A model generated the notes under the pieces. That model did not search any database and was not told the origin of the DNA. It saw only the letters and a list, made by a program, of their open reading frames with translations. A stretch of DNA of 40,891 bases from NCBI GenBank assembly GCA_017409645.1, contig JAFQSI010000099.1, positions 1-40,891 of the forward strand. The letters run 5' to 3'. The position numbers were made by a program, and so were the translations under genes. Shown here in pieces: positions 20,133 through 28,368 of the stretch; within the stretch, counting starts at the first letter, position 1, and every line of letters begins with the position of its first letter. The stretch comes from Oscillospiraceae bacterium. GTDB taxonomy: Bacteria; Bacillota; Clostridia; Oscillospirales; Oscillospiraceae.

Positions 20133-20242
20133 GGAGATTCCTCCTGTAATGACTTGTGTTTCCTCCGGCCCATGGGCGGCATCGCACCGCCCACAGGTCT
20201 GGTATGGAGGTATTCTATGGCTCATCTGCAAGAGCTGGCCTC

Positions 20243-20285
20243 AGTGTATCACGCATAAGTCGCGGCTCTCTATCCCGCGACTTAT
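20243..20285 (-). promoter_or_regulatory. Putative late promoter 2 inside an 11-bp hairpin
   Basis: CGGGATAGAGA-18 nt-TACACT with TG extension; arms ATAAGTCGCGG/CCGCGACTTAT. Confidence 0.65.
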
Positions 20286-20608
20286 CAGCCGTAGCGGCTG
20301 TACTGGATGTACTCCGGGTAGCTCTGGGCCAGCAGCTTAAAGCCGCTGCAAATGGCATCCATCACCAGCTGCAGCACGGCCTTGTACCGGGTCCTGGGGC
20401 GGCAGGAGATGGTGGCGCAGCCCTTGAACATATGGACACCCGGCTCGTCCGCCTGCTTTGCCTCGGCCCAGTTGGCAACATTGGCGGCCAGGGTGTGGGC
20501 CAGAGTGGAGCAACCGGCGCACACCAGATCATGGCCCTCCTCGCCGCTCTTGGCGTGGCCCTCGATCTGTACCCGGAAATACTGTCTGTGGTAGCTAACG
20601 GTAATCAT
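20285..20608 (-). CDS. prp: Prp-family (DUF464) ribosomal-processing cysteine protease, phage-encoded
   Basis: GHA...GHDLVCAGCS catalytic His/Cys motif and C-terminal LAQSYPEYI; 107 aa; between portal and scaffold. Confidence 0.85.
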   Translation of the reverse strand: MITVSYHRQYFRVQIEGHAKSGEEGHDLVCAGCSTLAHTLAANVANWAEAKQADEPGVHMFKGCATISCRPRTRYKAVLQLVMDAICSGFKLLAQSYPEYIQYSRYG

Positions 20609-20613
20609 GACTT

Positions 20614-22521
20614 TTAACCTCCTTGGGGCTGTGTGACCGCCTGGGCCCGTTCTCTGGCCTTGGCGGTGGTCCTGGGTTCTCCCGCTTGCAGGGCAGGAGC
20701 CGCCCCGCCGGGGATGGGTGCCGCCTGTCCGCCCAGGGTGGCGGTGATGTCCTGGGCGATGACCTGCTGCATTTCAGGCGGTGCAAGGCTCAGTGCCAGC
20801 TGTGCATACTGCACCAGCTTCTGATGCATCCTGGCGTTCTTCTGGATCTTCCCCAGGAGCGTGTCCTTGCCCTGAAAATCCATCATCTCCAGGCACATGA
20901 TGGCCTGTTCGGCCCTGGTGGGATCGAAAAAGCCCTTGTCGTAGAACTGAAGGGCCAGCTCGTTCTGGGCCATGCGGGCGTAGGGGGTGGCCTTCTGGGC
21001 GGACACAATAACATCGAATTCAGGCCGCCGCAGACCGCCGTCCGTGCCGCCGGGGCCCATCATCTGCCGGGGCTTGAGCTGCCGGTTGTCGAAGCTGATG
21101 AACTGGGGTGCGCCCGCCTCGCCGGTGATGCGGAAGGTCCGGGGCAGATCGTAGAACTGCCGCATCAGCTCAATGCACTTGCGGCAGACTCTGGAAAACA
21201 CCTCGTAGGACACGGCATTTTCGTCCCGGCTGACCTTGCCGCTGGCCTCCTGGAGGGCGGCAATGGCAGAGGCCGCCGTGACCCCGGAGCCGGAGTTGCC
21301 GGTGGAGCTTTCCGTGTTGCCGGTGGTTTCCCGCAGCTCCTGAATGGCGGCGTCCCGCAGGGCGATGTGATTTCCTTCAAGAGGCTTGTAGGGGACCTCC
21401 CGCAGCCCCGTCTCGCTGATGTCGCCGTCCACCTCGATGACGGCCTTGTTGAGGTCCAGGAAGGACTCCGTGCTGATCCCGCCGCCGCTGCGCTTGAGAT
21501 AGCGGGGGATGGCACCGACCATGGCATTTTTGATCATGGCGGTGTCCAGCAGATCGACTTTGGTCTGGGCGTTGCGCCCGATGTCGATGTAGCCCATGCC
21601 CCAGACAGACCCCTCCTTGGGGAACAGGATATCGAAATCGTAAGGGTACAGGCCGTGATCGTACCAGCCCCGGACTGCGTGGTCGGGATCGTCCTCGCTG
21701 GCGTAGAGGACGGTGTCGCCGGTGTACACCAGATAGTGCAGGATGTTCCGGCTCACGCCGGGTACGCCGGTGGGCACAGCCACCTTGTAGTAGCACTCCA
21801 CCACCGTCACCATGCCTCTGAGGTCCTCCGTCTCCTTGTCCTGACGGAAGGAGGCGATCTGCATGGGGGCGGTCTGCTCCAGCTCCACCTTGGGATACCG
21901 GGCAGCCAGGGCTGTCCGATCCACATACTCGGCGTGGAACACATAGGGGCTGTCCTGAATGTCGCCCACGGTGGGCTTCCAGGCCAGATTGAGGACATTG
22001 GCGCTCTGCACACTGATATCGCCCAGTCCATTGTGCTTGCTGGGGTCCCAGGTGGTTTTCACGACACCGCCGCCGTGGCGGAGCTTGCGCCACTTCCAGC
22101 CGCTCCAGACCTCCCGGATGCCGTTAAGCTCCAGGACACAGGGCAGGACCTTGCTCAGTGCCGTGGCGGTCTGCTGGTCGCTCTCCTCCCTGGGCAGGAT
22201 CACCGGCTCCGGCATGGCATCCATGGCATCGGCGTGCTTGCTGATACACACATTGACCAGCCAGGTCGACCGACTGACAAAACCGCCGTCCTTGCCGATC
22301 TCCACGGTCCCGTCGCTGCGTTCGCACTCGTCGTTGTGCTGCCGCCACCACTCCTCGCACTGCTTGATATGCTCGTAGAGGGGCTCAAGGCCGCTCCTGT
22401 ACCGGCTGTAGATGTCCTGGATCTCCATGAGCCGTGCCCGGTCGATCTTCCTCCCGGCCACCGCCGGAGGCCCGGCGGACTTTGCGCTGCCTTGGGGAAC
22501 CACCTGCTGCTCCAATTCCAT
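20614..22521 (-). CDS. Portal protein (P22-like)
   Basis: 635 aa following terL; HGLYPY, GVTAASAIAALQEA and YDLPRTFRITG motifs. Confidence 0.85.
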   Translation of the reverse strand: MELEQQVVPQGSAKSAGPPAVAGRKIDRARLMEIQDIYSRYRSGLEPLYEHIKQCEEWWRQHNDECERSDGTVEIGKDGGFVSRSTWLVNVCISKHADAMDAMPEPVILPREESDQQTATALSKVLPCVLELNGIREVWSGWKWRKLRHGGGVVKTTWDPSKHNGLGDISVQSANVLNLAWKPTVGDIQDSPYVFHAEYVDRTALAARYPKVELEQTAPMQIASFRQDKETEDLRGMVTVVECYYKVAVPTGVPGVSRNILHYLVYTGDTVLYASEDDPDHAVRGWYDHGLYPYDFDILFPKEGSVWGMGYIDIGRNAQTKVDLLDTAMIKNAMVGAIPRYLKRSGGGISTESFLDLNKAVIEVDGDISETGLREVPYKPLEGNHIALRDAAIQELRETTGNTESSTGNSGSGVTAASAIAALQEASGKVSRDENAVSYEVFSRVCRKCIELMRQFYDLPRTFRITGEAGAPQFISFDNRQLKPRQMMGPGGTDGGLRRPEFDVIVSAQKATPYARMAQNELALQFYDKGFFDPTRAEQAIMCLEMMDFQGKDTLLGKIQKNARMHQKLVQYAQLALSLAPPEMQQVIAQDITATLGGQAAPIPGGAAPALQAGEPRTTAKARERAQAVTQPQGG

Positions 22522-22527
22522 AGCTGT

Positions 22528-23973
22528 TTACCTCCTATCCTTAAACTGATCCAGCGGATCAACAAAAATCTTCTTGGTTTCCACCTTTGCGACGGGCTTG
22601 ACCGGCCTGGACATACACATATACCGCACCTCGTCGGCCACATGGTCCTCCAGCTTGGTGTCCAGATCCTCCGGGTTGGTTTCCGAGTACATCATCAGCG
22701 GCATGGTGCGGATAAACGCCTTGCAGTTGCTGAAAACATACATCCGGCTGCGGCCCCACTTGTCGAACTGGAGCCGATAATGGACCTGCATCCAGCCGGG
22801 GATCCGGGCATTGTCGCCGGGGGAGAAGTAAATGCCGTACCGGGCCGCCGTCTCCGCCACACTCTCGCCTCTGGAGCTGTCCCAGATGGCGGGGTCCGCC
22901 ACAGAGTCCACGATCTTCCTTCCCTTGAGCCATGGGTGGGTGTTCTCAATCTCCCTGGCCTTGCGGAACTGCTCGTCGGTAGTCCACTTGACACCCTCGT
23001 TGGGGGTATCGGTGCAGCCGTACAGCTCCAAAATGCGGTACAGCACCCCGTCATAGTCCACGGCCCACCACGCCATCGAGAAGGGCTTGCCGTAGCCGAA
23101 GTCATAGCTGCGCATGATATTCCACCCCAGCTTGTCCGGGGCATTGAGATCAAACGGCTCGATGACATGGGTATACCGATGCTCCCGCAAAGCCTGTTCC
23201 GGCGTGATCCCCGCCTCGGCGCAGAGTCTCCCATCAGGCCGTGCCCGGAAATCCTCAAAAAACTGCCCCTCGAAGATATCCCAGCAGCCCTCCAGCCACG
23301 CCTTGCGCAGCTTGGGGGGCAGATTCTCCAGAAACGCCACATACTCCGGCTGAGTCTTCATCAGGTAGCTGTTGTCCGTCACAAGAGCCTGGATGAACAC
23401 ATAGTCCTCCGGCTTCTCGGAGTTTTGGAACTCCCGATCCACAAAGAGCCGTTTGAGGTACCCGTGGCTGGGACCGCCGGGGTTGAAGGTGTAGTAGATG
23501 CGCTTTGGGAAATTGTTGACGCCACGGCAGCACACCACGATGGCCTCGATCCACGCCTGGAGCAGGTTGGTTGCCTCCTCCAGGAAGATCACATCGTACT
23601 CACAGCCCTGGAAATGCATCAAATGTCCGTCGTTGTCGCAGTAGTCGCACTTGATGGTGGAGCCGTTGACCCAGAAAAAGGTGCGCTCCTGCTGGTTGTA
23701 GCGGGCAATACTCACCGGGATATCCCGCTTGAGGACATTGATGTGGTTGGCCCGCAGCTCCGGCATGGTCCGGCGCACGATCAGCACCTTAATGCCCGGA
23801 TACCGCAGACACAGCCGCTTGGCCTTGTCCCGAACGATATGACTCTTGCCGCCGCCTCTAGCTCCGCCGTAGCCCACATGACGGGCCTTGGCGGACAGGA
23901 ACATGGCCTGTTTTTCCGTGGGCTCCGACAGCACCAGCCGCCTCCTGGCCCGATTCCTTGCGCCTTTACTCAT
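22528..23973 (-). CDS. terL: Terminase large subunit
   Basis: Walker A GGARGGGKS, Walker B IFLEEA, FNPGG, RNase H-like SYDFGY and EDHVADEVRY; SD GGAGGAG before ATG 23973. Confidence 0.95.
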   Translation of the reverse strand: MSKGARNRARRRLVLSEPTEKQAMFLSAKARHVGYGGARGGGKSHIVRDKAKRLCLRYPGIKVLIVRRTMPELRANHINVLKRDIPVSIARYNQQERTFFWVNGSTIKCDYCDNDGHLMHFQGCEYDVIFLEEATNLLQAWIEAIVVCCRGVNNFPKRIYYTFNPGGPSHGYLKRLFVDREFQNSEKPEDYVFIQALVTDNSYLMKTQPEYVAFLENLPPKLRKAWLEGCWDIFEGQFFEDFRARPDGRLCAEAGITPEQALREHRYTHVIEPFDLNAPDKLGWNIMRSYDFGYGKPFSMAWWAVDYDGVLYRILELYGCTDTPNEGVKWTTDEQFRKAREIENTHPWLKGRKIVDSVADPAIWDSSRGESVAETAARYGIYFSPGDNARIPGWMQVHYRLQFDKWGRSRMYVFSNCKAFIRTMPLMMYSETNPEDLDTKLEDHVADEVRYMCMSRPVKPVAKVETKKIFVDPLDQFKDRR

Positions 23974-24538
23974 TCCACTCCTCCGGACCGGCATCAAATG
24001 TGACGGTGATCTCCTCCGGCCCGCCGCCCTCCTGGGCCGCAGCCTTGGCCCTCAACGCCGCAATCCTGGCCTCCTTCTCCTGCCGGTCCAGCTCCGTCTC
24101 CAGCCCCAGCACTCCGGCAATATCCTTGAGGGCGGTCGCCAGATGCCGCACAGCCACAACATTGACGGCTCCGGGCTTGTCAGAGATCTCCTCCCACTCC
24201 TCGGTGGACTTCTCGTCCCCTTTTTCGACGGTGTGCTTGTGGGCCGTCACGGGCCTGTCTACCTGCTCAATGCCGATCATGGCCTTCTCCAGCAGCTTCG
24301 TTGCTGCCTGGGTCACAAGTGCGGCGTACTGCCCTGCCTGCTCCTGGGCGATCAGCTCACAGGCCTTTGCCACAGTTGCGCCACGATGTTCCTTCTTCCG
24401 GGCCACCCAGTTTTCAGCCTTACACCGATCCTGGAGCGTTCTGAGGGGGACTCCGTGCTTCTTCGCCAGATCCCGCTGGCCGATGTCGCCGGTGATGTAC
24501 TCGGTGCTGATCTTTTTCCAGTTGGGCTTCCTCGCCAC
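23966..24538 (-). CDS. terS: Terminase small subunit
   Basis: N-terminal HTH (NWKKISTEYITG...LAKKHGV...ENW); overlaps the terL start. Confidence 0.8.
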   Translation of the reverse strand: MARKPNWKKISTEYITGDIGQRDLAKKHGVPLRTLQDRCKAENWVARKKEHRGATVAKACELIAQEQAGQYAALVTQAATKLLEKAMIGIEQVDRPVTAHKHTVEKGDEKSTEEWEEISDKPGAVNVVAVRHLATALKDIAGVLGLETELDRQEKEARIAALRAKAAAQEGGGPEEITVTFDAGPEEWNE

Positions 24539-24571
24539 ATCGCCCCCTCCCTCCTCGCAGTCGTTTCTCCA

Positions 24572-24608
24572 ATCCTACCAATTCCGGGCGGTGTATCTCT
24601 ATCCCGCC
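24572..24608 (-). promoter_or_regulatory. Putative late promoter 3 upstream of terS
   Basis: CGGGATAGAGA-18 nt-TAGGAT with TG extension; GGCGG/CCGCC arms. Confidence 0.65.
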
Positions 24609-24610
24609 GC

Positions 24611-24643
24611 AAAAAAGCCCCCGAGCCGAAGCTCAGGGGCTTT
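24611..24643 (-). terminator. Intrinsic terminator ending the early/middle operon
   Basis: AAAGCCCCTGAGC-TTCG-GCTCGGGGGCTTTTTT on the minus strand. Confidence 0.85.
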
Positions 24644-24675
24644 AACGCTGAATGCAGAATGCTGAGTGCAGAATT
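24644..24675. repeat. Heptamer tandem repeat (A(A/G)TGC(A/T)G)
   Basis: aacgctg aatgcag aatgctg agtgcag; same unit as at 35295-35365. Confidence 0.6.
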
Positions 24676-24853
24676 ATTTGCACTTATCGAGGAATCGCTC
24701 CAGTGCGGCGCAGATCAGAACGCCGCCGACGGCGATCCAGGCGGGACTTAACACCCACCACCAGCTCCAATCGATCACGCCGCAGAGCTTCAGCACCACG
24801 AACGCCACGAGGAGCAGATCTCCCAGGCCGACCCCGGAGCTTCCATTCTCCAC
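24674..24853 (-). CDS. Small membrane protein (LKLxGVIDWSWWWVLSP family)
   Basis: GTG start after AAGGAGG; two hydrophobic segments with the common phage W-rich motif. Confidence 0.75.
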   Translation of the reverse strand: MENGSSGVGLGDLLLVAFVVLKLCGVIDWSWWWVLSPAWIAVGGVLICAALERFLDKCK

Positions 24854-24863
24854 AGTAGCCTCC

Positions 24864-25142
24864 TTAACCGGCGGTGAAGGCAACGGGGATGCAGCGGTTC
24901 TCGAACTTCTTGTAGGCATCCAGGTACAGCTCACCCATGCTGCCGTTGTAGGTCAGCTCGTAGTACATCCCGTCGGGCAGGGTGGTGGCAGCCAGAGCCT
25001 TGCTGTTCTGCAGGACCTTGCACATCCACACGATGTAGACATCATCCTCGGTGATCTGCTTGCCGTCGGCCTTGTCCAGATGCTCGTTGACATAGTCAAC
25101 CACGGTCTTGCGCACCAGCGCAGTGAAATTCTTCTCGTTCAT
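24864..25142 (-). CDS. DUF6275-like protein
   Basis: DVYIVWMCKVLQNSKAL...DGMYYELTYNG...YLDAYKKFEN motif. Confidence 0.75.
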   Translation of the reverse strand: MNEKNFTALVRKTVVDYVNEHLDKADGKQITEDDVYIVWMCKVLQNSKALAATTLPDGMYYELTYNGSMGELYLDAYKKFENRCIPVAFTAG

Positions 25143-25157
25143 ATTGTCCTCCTTGTC

Positions 25158-25328
25158 TCAGCATGAGATTGTTTTTCCGTAGAAGTGGATGTAATCGATC
25201 TTCCCGCATACACGGCACTGGCAGCGCTTCACAGTTACCTTCCTTCCGGAGTGATACTCACGGTATCGGTATTCGACCCGGAGCGGCCTCCATGTGTGCC
25301 TGTGAAACAGCTTTCTGAGCAGTTTCAT
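25158..25328 (-). CDS. Small Zn-ribbon protein (DUF1660-like)
   Basis: MKLLRKLFHRHTW...CQCRVCGK; fills the gap between two genes. Confidence 0.55.
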   Translation of the reverse strand: MKLLRKLFHRHTWRPLRVEYRYREYHSGRKVTVKRCQCRVCGKIDYIHFYGKTISC

Positions 25329-25332
25329 AAAC

Positions 25333-25839
25333 TTACTCCACGATATACCAGTCATCCGCCAGCATATCCGCCTGGGAAGCCAGCCAACCCACCTGACGGC
25401 CACGGGTGCCCACGAACACCAGGGCGGTGCTGCCGATGTCCTGATGGATCGCATAGTCGCTGGTGCCATCAGTGGTGCTGTAGCCGAAGTTGTGTCCCAG
25501 CTCCACATACTGCCCCTCGCCATTCCACCCGGCACGGGAGATCTTCTTGCCCATCTTGGCGGCCTCAATCGCCAGGCCGAAGTTCATGCCGTCGGTGCGC
25601 CGGTAGGCGGCCTCGAACACATCCCTGGGACTCCAGCTCTCATGGCCACCCTCGTAGACGACCTTGTAGCCCTCCTCTGCCTCCCAGGTAAGGCCGTGGT
25701 CGGCGGCATACTTCTCGCTGGAAGCAAGCTCCTCCGCAGGCTTATAGAAGATCGTCTTGCCGGGGGTCTTGCCGCCGACGACAGTCACCCGGTAGTAGGG
25801 CTCCGCCTGCACGATCTTGGTTCCGATAAACTTTTCCAT
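25333..25839 (-). CDS. DUF2829 / Tad2-like anti-Thoeris sponge domain fused to an N-terminal domain
   Basis: C-half MNFGLAIEAAKMGKKISRAGWNG...GWLASQADMLADDW matches the DUF2829 signature; N-half has FIGTKIVQAEP...GYKVVYEGGHESWSPRDVFEAAY. Confidence 0.8.
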   Translation of the reverse strand: MEKFIGTKIVQAEPYYRVTVVGGKTPGKTIFYKPAEELASSEKYAADHGLTWEAEEGYKVVYEGGHESWSPRDVFEAAYRRTDGMNFGLAIEAAKMGKKISRAGWNGEGQYVELGHNFGYSTTDGTSDYAIHQDIGSTALVFVGTRGRQVGWLASQADMLADDWYIVE

Positions 25840-25858
25840 GATGTTTTCCTCCTAAAAT

Positions 25859-26089
25859 TTATTCCGCACGGGGCCAGATCTCCGGCCCACATTGCTCTCT
25901 CCAGTGTGTGATTTTTAAGCCGTCCCTGGTGGTGCGCCAGCAGTTGTGGACATGATCGTAGTGCGCCCGGTACTCGCCCCGGTTCGTCCAGATCAGCACA
26001 TGACGGCTGTGATTGGGCAGCAGCTCAGAGCATTTGTGCCACCCGTATTTCTGCCGGAGCCGGGAGAGCTGTTCGGCAGCACTCGCCAT
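25859..26089 (-). CDS. DUF551-like hypothetical protein
   Basis: WHKCSELLP...VLIW...ITHW pattern. Confidence 0.6.
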   Translation of the reverse strand: MASAAEQLSRLRQKYGWHKCSELLPNHSRHVLIWTNRGEYRAHYDHVHNCWRTTRDGLKITHWREQCGPEIWPRAE

Positions 26090-26090
26090 C

Positions 26091-26462
26091 TCAGTCCACC
26101 CCTTTCTTCCAGTACCGGGCCTTCCGCCGCTGGACACTGGACGTGCTGATCCCCAGCTCCTCGGCGATCATCCAGTCCGTGCGCCCCGCTTCCCAGAGCC
26201 TGCGGCCCTCGGCCACATCCCAGCTGGGCGCCACGGGCTTTCGGGGCTTGTCGCTGATCCGGGATCGCCTCCGTGCCGGGTCCTTGATCCGCATGGGCGT
26301 TGGGGGCCGGAAATGCCCCTTGCGATACCGCTTGCAGCCAGGACCGGGGTCGCAGCCCCGGCTCTGGTTCGCCAGCAGGATGTATCCGCAATGCTCTACG
26401 CCGTGGTCGGTCATGGCGTAGGCACATCCGGGGGGGCAATGAGCGGGAACAAACTCACCCAT
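26091..26462 (-). CDS. Cys-rich protein with C-terminal HTH (candidate late regulator)
   Basis: CxxxC...CGYIL...GCxPGxxC followed by GRTDWMIAEELGISTSSVQRR (HTH). Confidence 0.65.
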   Translation of the reverse strand: MGEFVPAHCPPGCAYAMTDHGVEHCGYILLANQSRGCDPGPGCKRYRKGHFRPPTPMRIKDPARRRSRISDKPRKPVAPSWDVAEGRRLWEAGRTDWMIAEELGISTSSVQRRKARYWKKGVD

Positions 26463-26658
26463 GCCGCTCGCCCCCGTTCCAGTTCACCTGGACCCGATGC
26501 CGGACCCGGTGCAGCCTGCCCCGGCGCTTGCAGACCTTACAGGCCACGCACCAGAAGCCGGTATCAAACTCGATGTACTCGGACTCGCCGCCGCAGCCGC
26601 ACCGGCAGAGCCGGTATTGACTGTCAGGATCCGGCGTGATCCGCCGCTTGATTGCCAT
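26455..26658 (-). CDS. Lar-like Zn-ribbon protein
   Basis: LCRCGCGG...WCVACKVC...VNWN. Confidence 0.55.
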   Translation of the reverse strand: MAIKRRITPDPDSQYRLCRCGCGGESEYIEFDTGFWCVACKVCKRRGRLHRVRHRVQVNWNGGERHG

Positions 26659-26660
26659 AG

Positions 26661-26888
26661 CTATTCCTCCTCGTCGTATTTTCCCATGAGCGCCCGGTAC
26701 AGCTCGCAGCAGATATAGCTGCCGCAGCAGTACCGGGTCATGTGATCCTCCCGCTTGCGGCGGGAGCGGAAGCGGAGCTTGGTATCCGCTTCCGGCACAA
26801 GCCCCTCGCAGGTCACCACCCGTTTGCCGTCATCGTGCTGGTAAAACGGACAGCCCACATGGACCTGCAGGTACGACCCGCTGCTCAT
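26661..26888 (-). CDS. Cys-rich hypothetical protein
   Basis: CPFY...VTCEG...YCCGSYICCELY; ATGA-coupled to the replication gene. Confidence 0.7.
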   Translation of the reverse strand: MSSGSYLQVHVGCPFYQHDDGKRVVTCEGLVPEADTKLRFRSRRKREDHMTRYCCGSYICCELYRALMGKYDEEE

Positions 26889-27727
26889 GACCCAGCCCTC
26901 CCGGCCCAAAGGAGATCCGGCCCGGAGGTCAAAACGCCGTCCTCCTTCGCCCATTTCAGGATCTCCCGATAGTGGTCCACGTTGGCGTGCTTGCGCTGCA
27001 CCCAGGATACCAGCCGCTTGGCATAGGCGTTGAAGCCGTCCACGCCAAGGCGGGACAGCAGATCGTCCATCTGCCGGTCAGACAGCAGGAGTACTCCCTG
27101 CCCGATCTCCCCGCCAATGAGCCTTAAAACATCTCTATCTCCGTCGCCGCCGTCGCCGTCGTCCTCTGGTACAGTGTTAACGACTACTACTGACTGAGAT
27201 ATAGGTAAGGTATTGGTTATGGTACTGCTACTGGTAGTCCCGTTACTGTGACGGTCTGTAACGTTACCCGTAACGTTATGCGTAACGTTACGGGGTTCGT
27301 CATCTTCAGGAACAGGTGACGGTCGTTCCGCCGCCACCCGCTCCGCCCGCTTGCGGTCCCGGTAGGCTTTCTGCCGGTCGGCTGCCTTGCGGCGGGACCG
27401 GGTCATGGCGTCCTGGAGCATACATTGGTGGCCGTCCCAGTCGTGGAGGGCAAGACCGCCGTCCTCGTCCCGATCCAGGAACCCGGCAGCTACCAGAGCC
27501 TCCAGCAGACCCTTCGCCGACTTGCGCCAACCGGCGGCATCGGCAAGGTCCTGGGCCGACACCCCCGTCAGCTCCCCGGAGGGAGCATGGACCGCCGCCC
27601 AGCTCCAGATGCAGACGATCAGCCCCACGGCCTCATAGCGGTTCTTGAGCTTCAGGCCGTCCCGGAGCTTACCGATCTTGATGTGTCCAGGCAGATCCGC
27701 AAATACCTGGAACCAAGGCTGCTGCAC
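26885..27727 (-). CDS. Phage replication initiator protein
   Basis: PWFQVFADLPGHIK...GLIVCIWSWA...LVAAGFLD...LHDWDGHQ...RQKAYRDRK N-domain; contains iterons; GTG start inferred. Confidence 0.8.
   Translation of the reverse strand: MQQPWFQVFADLPGHIKIGKLRDGLKLKNRYEAVGLIVCIWSWAAVHAPSGELTGVSAQDLADAAGWRKSAKGLLEALVAAGFLDRDEDGGLALHDWDGHQCMLQDAMTRSRRKAADRQKAYRDRKRAERVAAERPSPVPEDDEPRNVTHNVTGNVTDRHSNGTTSSSTITNTLPISQSVVVVNTVPEDDGDGGDGDRDVLRLIGGEIGQGVLLLSDRQMDDLLSRLGVDGFNAYAKRLVSWVQRKHANVDHYREILKWAKEDGVLTSGPDLLWAGRAGS
27241..27291. repeat. Iterons / putative replication origin
   Basis: GTAACGTTA(C/T) at 27258, 27270 and 27282 (12-bp period, palindromic) plus a half-site at 27241, next to a lower-GC tract inside the initiator gene. 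Confidence 0.75.
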
Positions 27728-27746
27728 ACATACCCCCCCCAATCCG

Positions 27747-28106
27747 TTAGACTTCCTGCACCCTGATGCCATGCAGCCACAGCATCAGCTTGCGCTTGAT
27801 GATGTAGTCCTTCGTGCGGACACCCTTGGCGTCCTCTACGACGGTCTGACCGTCCTTGACATAGACGAAATCCGCCACATAGTCCACGGCCTTCTCCAAA
27901 ACGCGACCCCGCCTGCGGCCCCCTCTGGGGCCTGTGCCGTCCGGCTCCCGCTGCTCCGGCACCAGCCGGAAGGACACCTGACACCGCAGATCGGAGATCA
28001 CACCGGCCTTCTGGAGCAGCCGCAGCTCACAGTACCGATCCCGTTCGTGTTTGCTGTCAAAGGTCATGCCGTCAAAGCTGCACTTCTGGTTGCGGTACTT
28101 ACGCAT
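27747..28106 (-). CDS. DUF1064 family endonuclease-like protein
   Basis: KYRNQK...DGMTFDSKHE..RY...YVADFVY...VEDAKG...YIIKRKLM. Confidence 0.85.
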   Translation of the reverse strand: MRKYRNQKCSFDGMTFDSKHERDRYCELRLLQKAGVISDLRCQVSFRLVPEQREPDGTGPRGGRRRGRVLEKAVDYVADFVYVKDGQTVVEDAKGVRTKDYIIKRKLMLWLHGIRVQEV

Positions 28107-28266
28107 GGGCGCACCTCCTGTTCCACGCAGCAACAGCCGCCTTCTCCGTGATCTCGTCCGCCGCCTGCGCCTTGCAGTTCGGACACCAGACTCGATACAG
28201 ACCCCAGTTTGTCAGCCGTACATGAGCATTGCCGCAAAACGGGCGGGGCTTCAAATTATTCGCCAT
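28099..28266 (-). CDS. Lar-family restriction alleviation protein (first Cys replaced by Arg)
   Basis: LKPRPFCG...VWCPNC...AVAAWNRR versus the family pattern LKPCPFCG...WNRR. Confidence 0.7.
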   Translation of the reverse strand: MANNLKPRPFCGNAHVRLTNWGLYRVWCPNCKAQAADEITEKAAVAAWNRRCAHA

Positions 28267-28357
28267 ACCGCCCCTCCAAACACCGCTCACACCCGCACTC
28301 GGTCGGGCTGTCGTGGGTGGCCGTGCATCCGGCACAGCCGTCGTTATGCTGTTCCAT
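28256..28357 (-). CDS. 33-aa Cys-rich peptide
   Basis: Not in the ORF track; GGAGG SD; MEQHNDGCAGCTATHDSPTECGCERCLEGRYGE fills the ssb-lar gap. Confidence 0.55.
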   Translation of the reverse strand: MEQHNDGCAGCTATHDSPTECGCERCLEGRYGE

Positions 28358-28368
28358 ATGTACCTCCA

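Noticed and set aside
20623-24003. 1126-aa plus-strand ORF and similar ORFs at 17741-19402 and 30686-32404
   Set aside because: Antisense shadows of the portal/terminase, capsid and recombination genes.
27131-27142. Fourth copy of the late-promoter motif (TCTCTATCTCCG)
   Set aside because: Imperfect match inside the initiator CDS, with no -10 at the 18-nt spacing.
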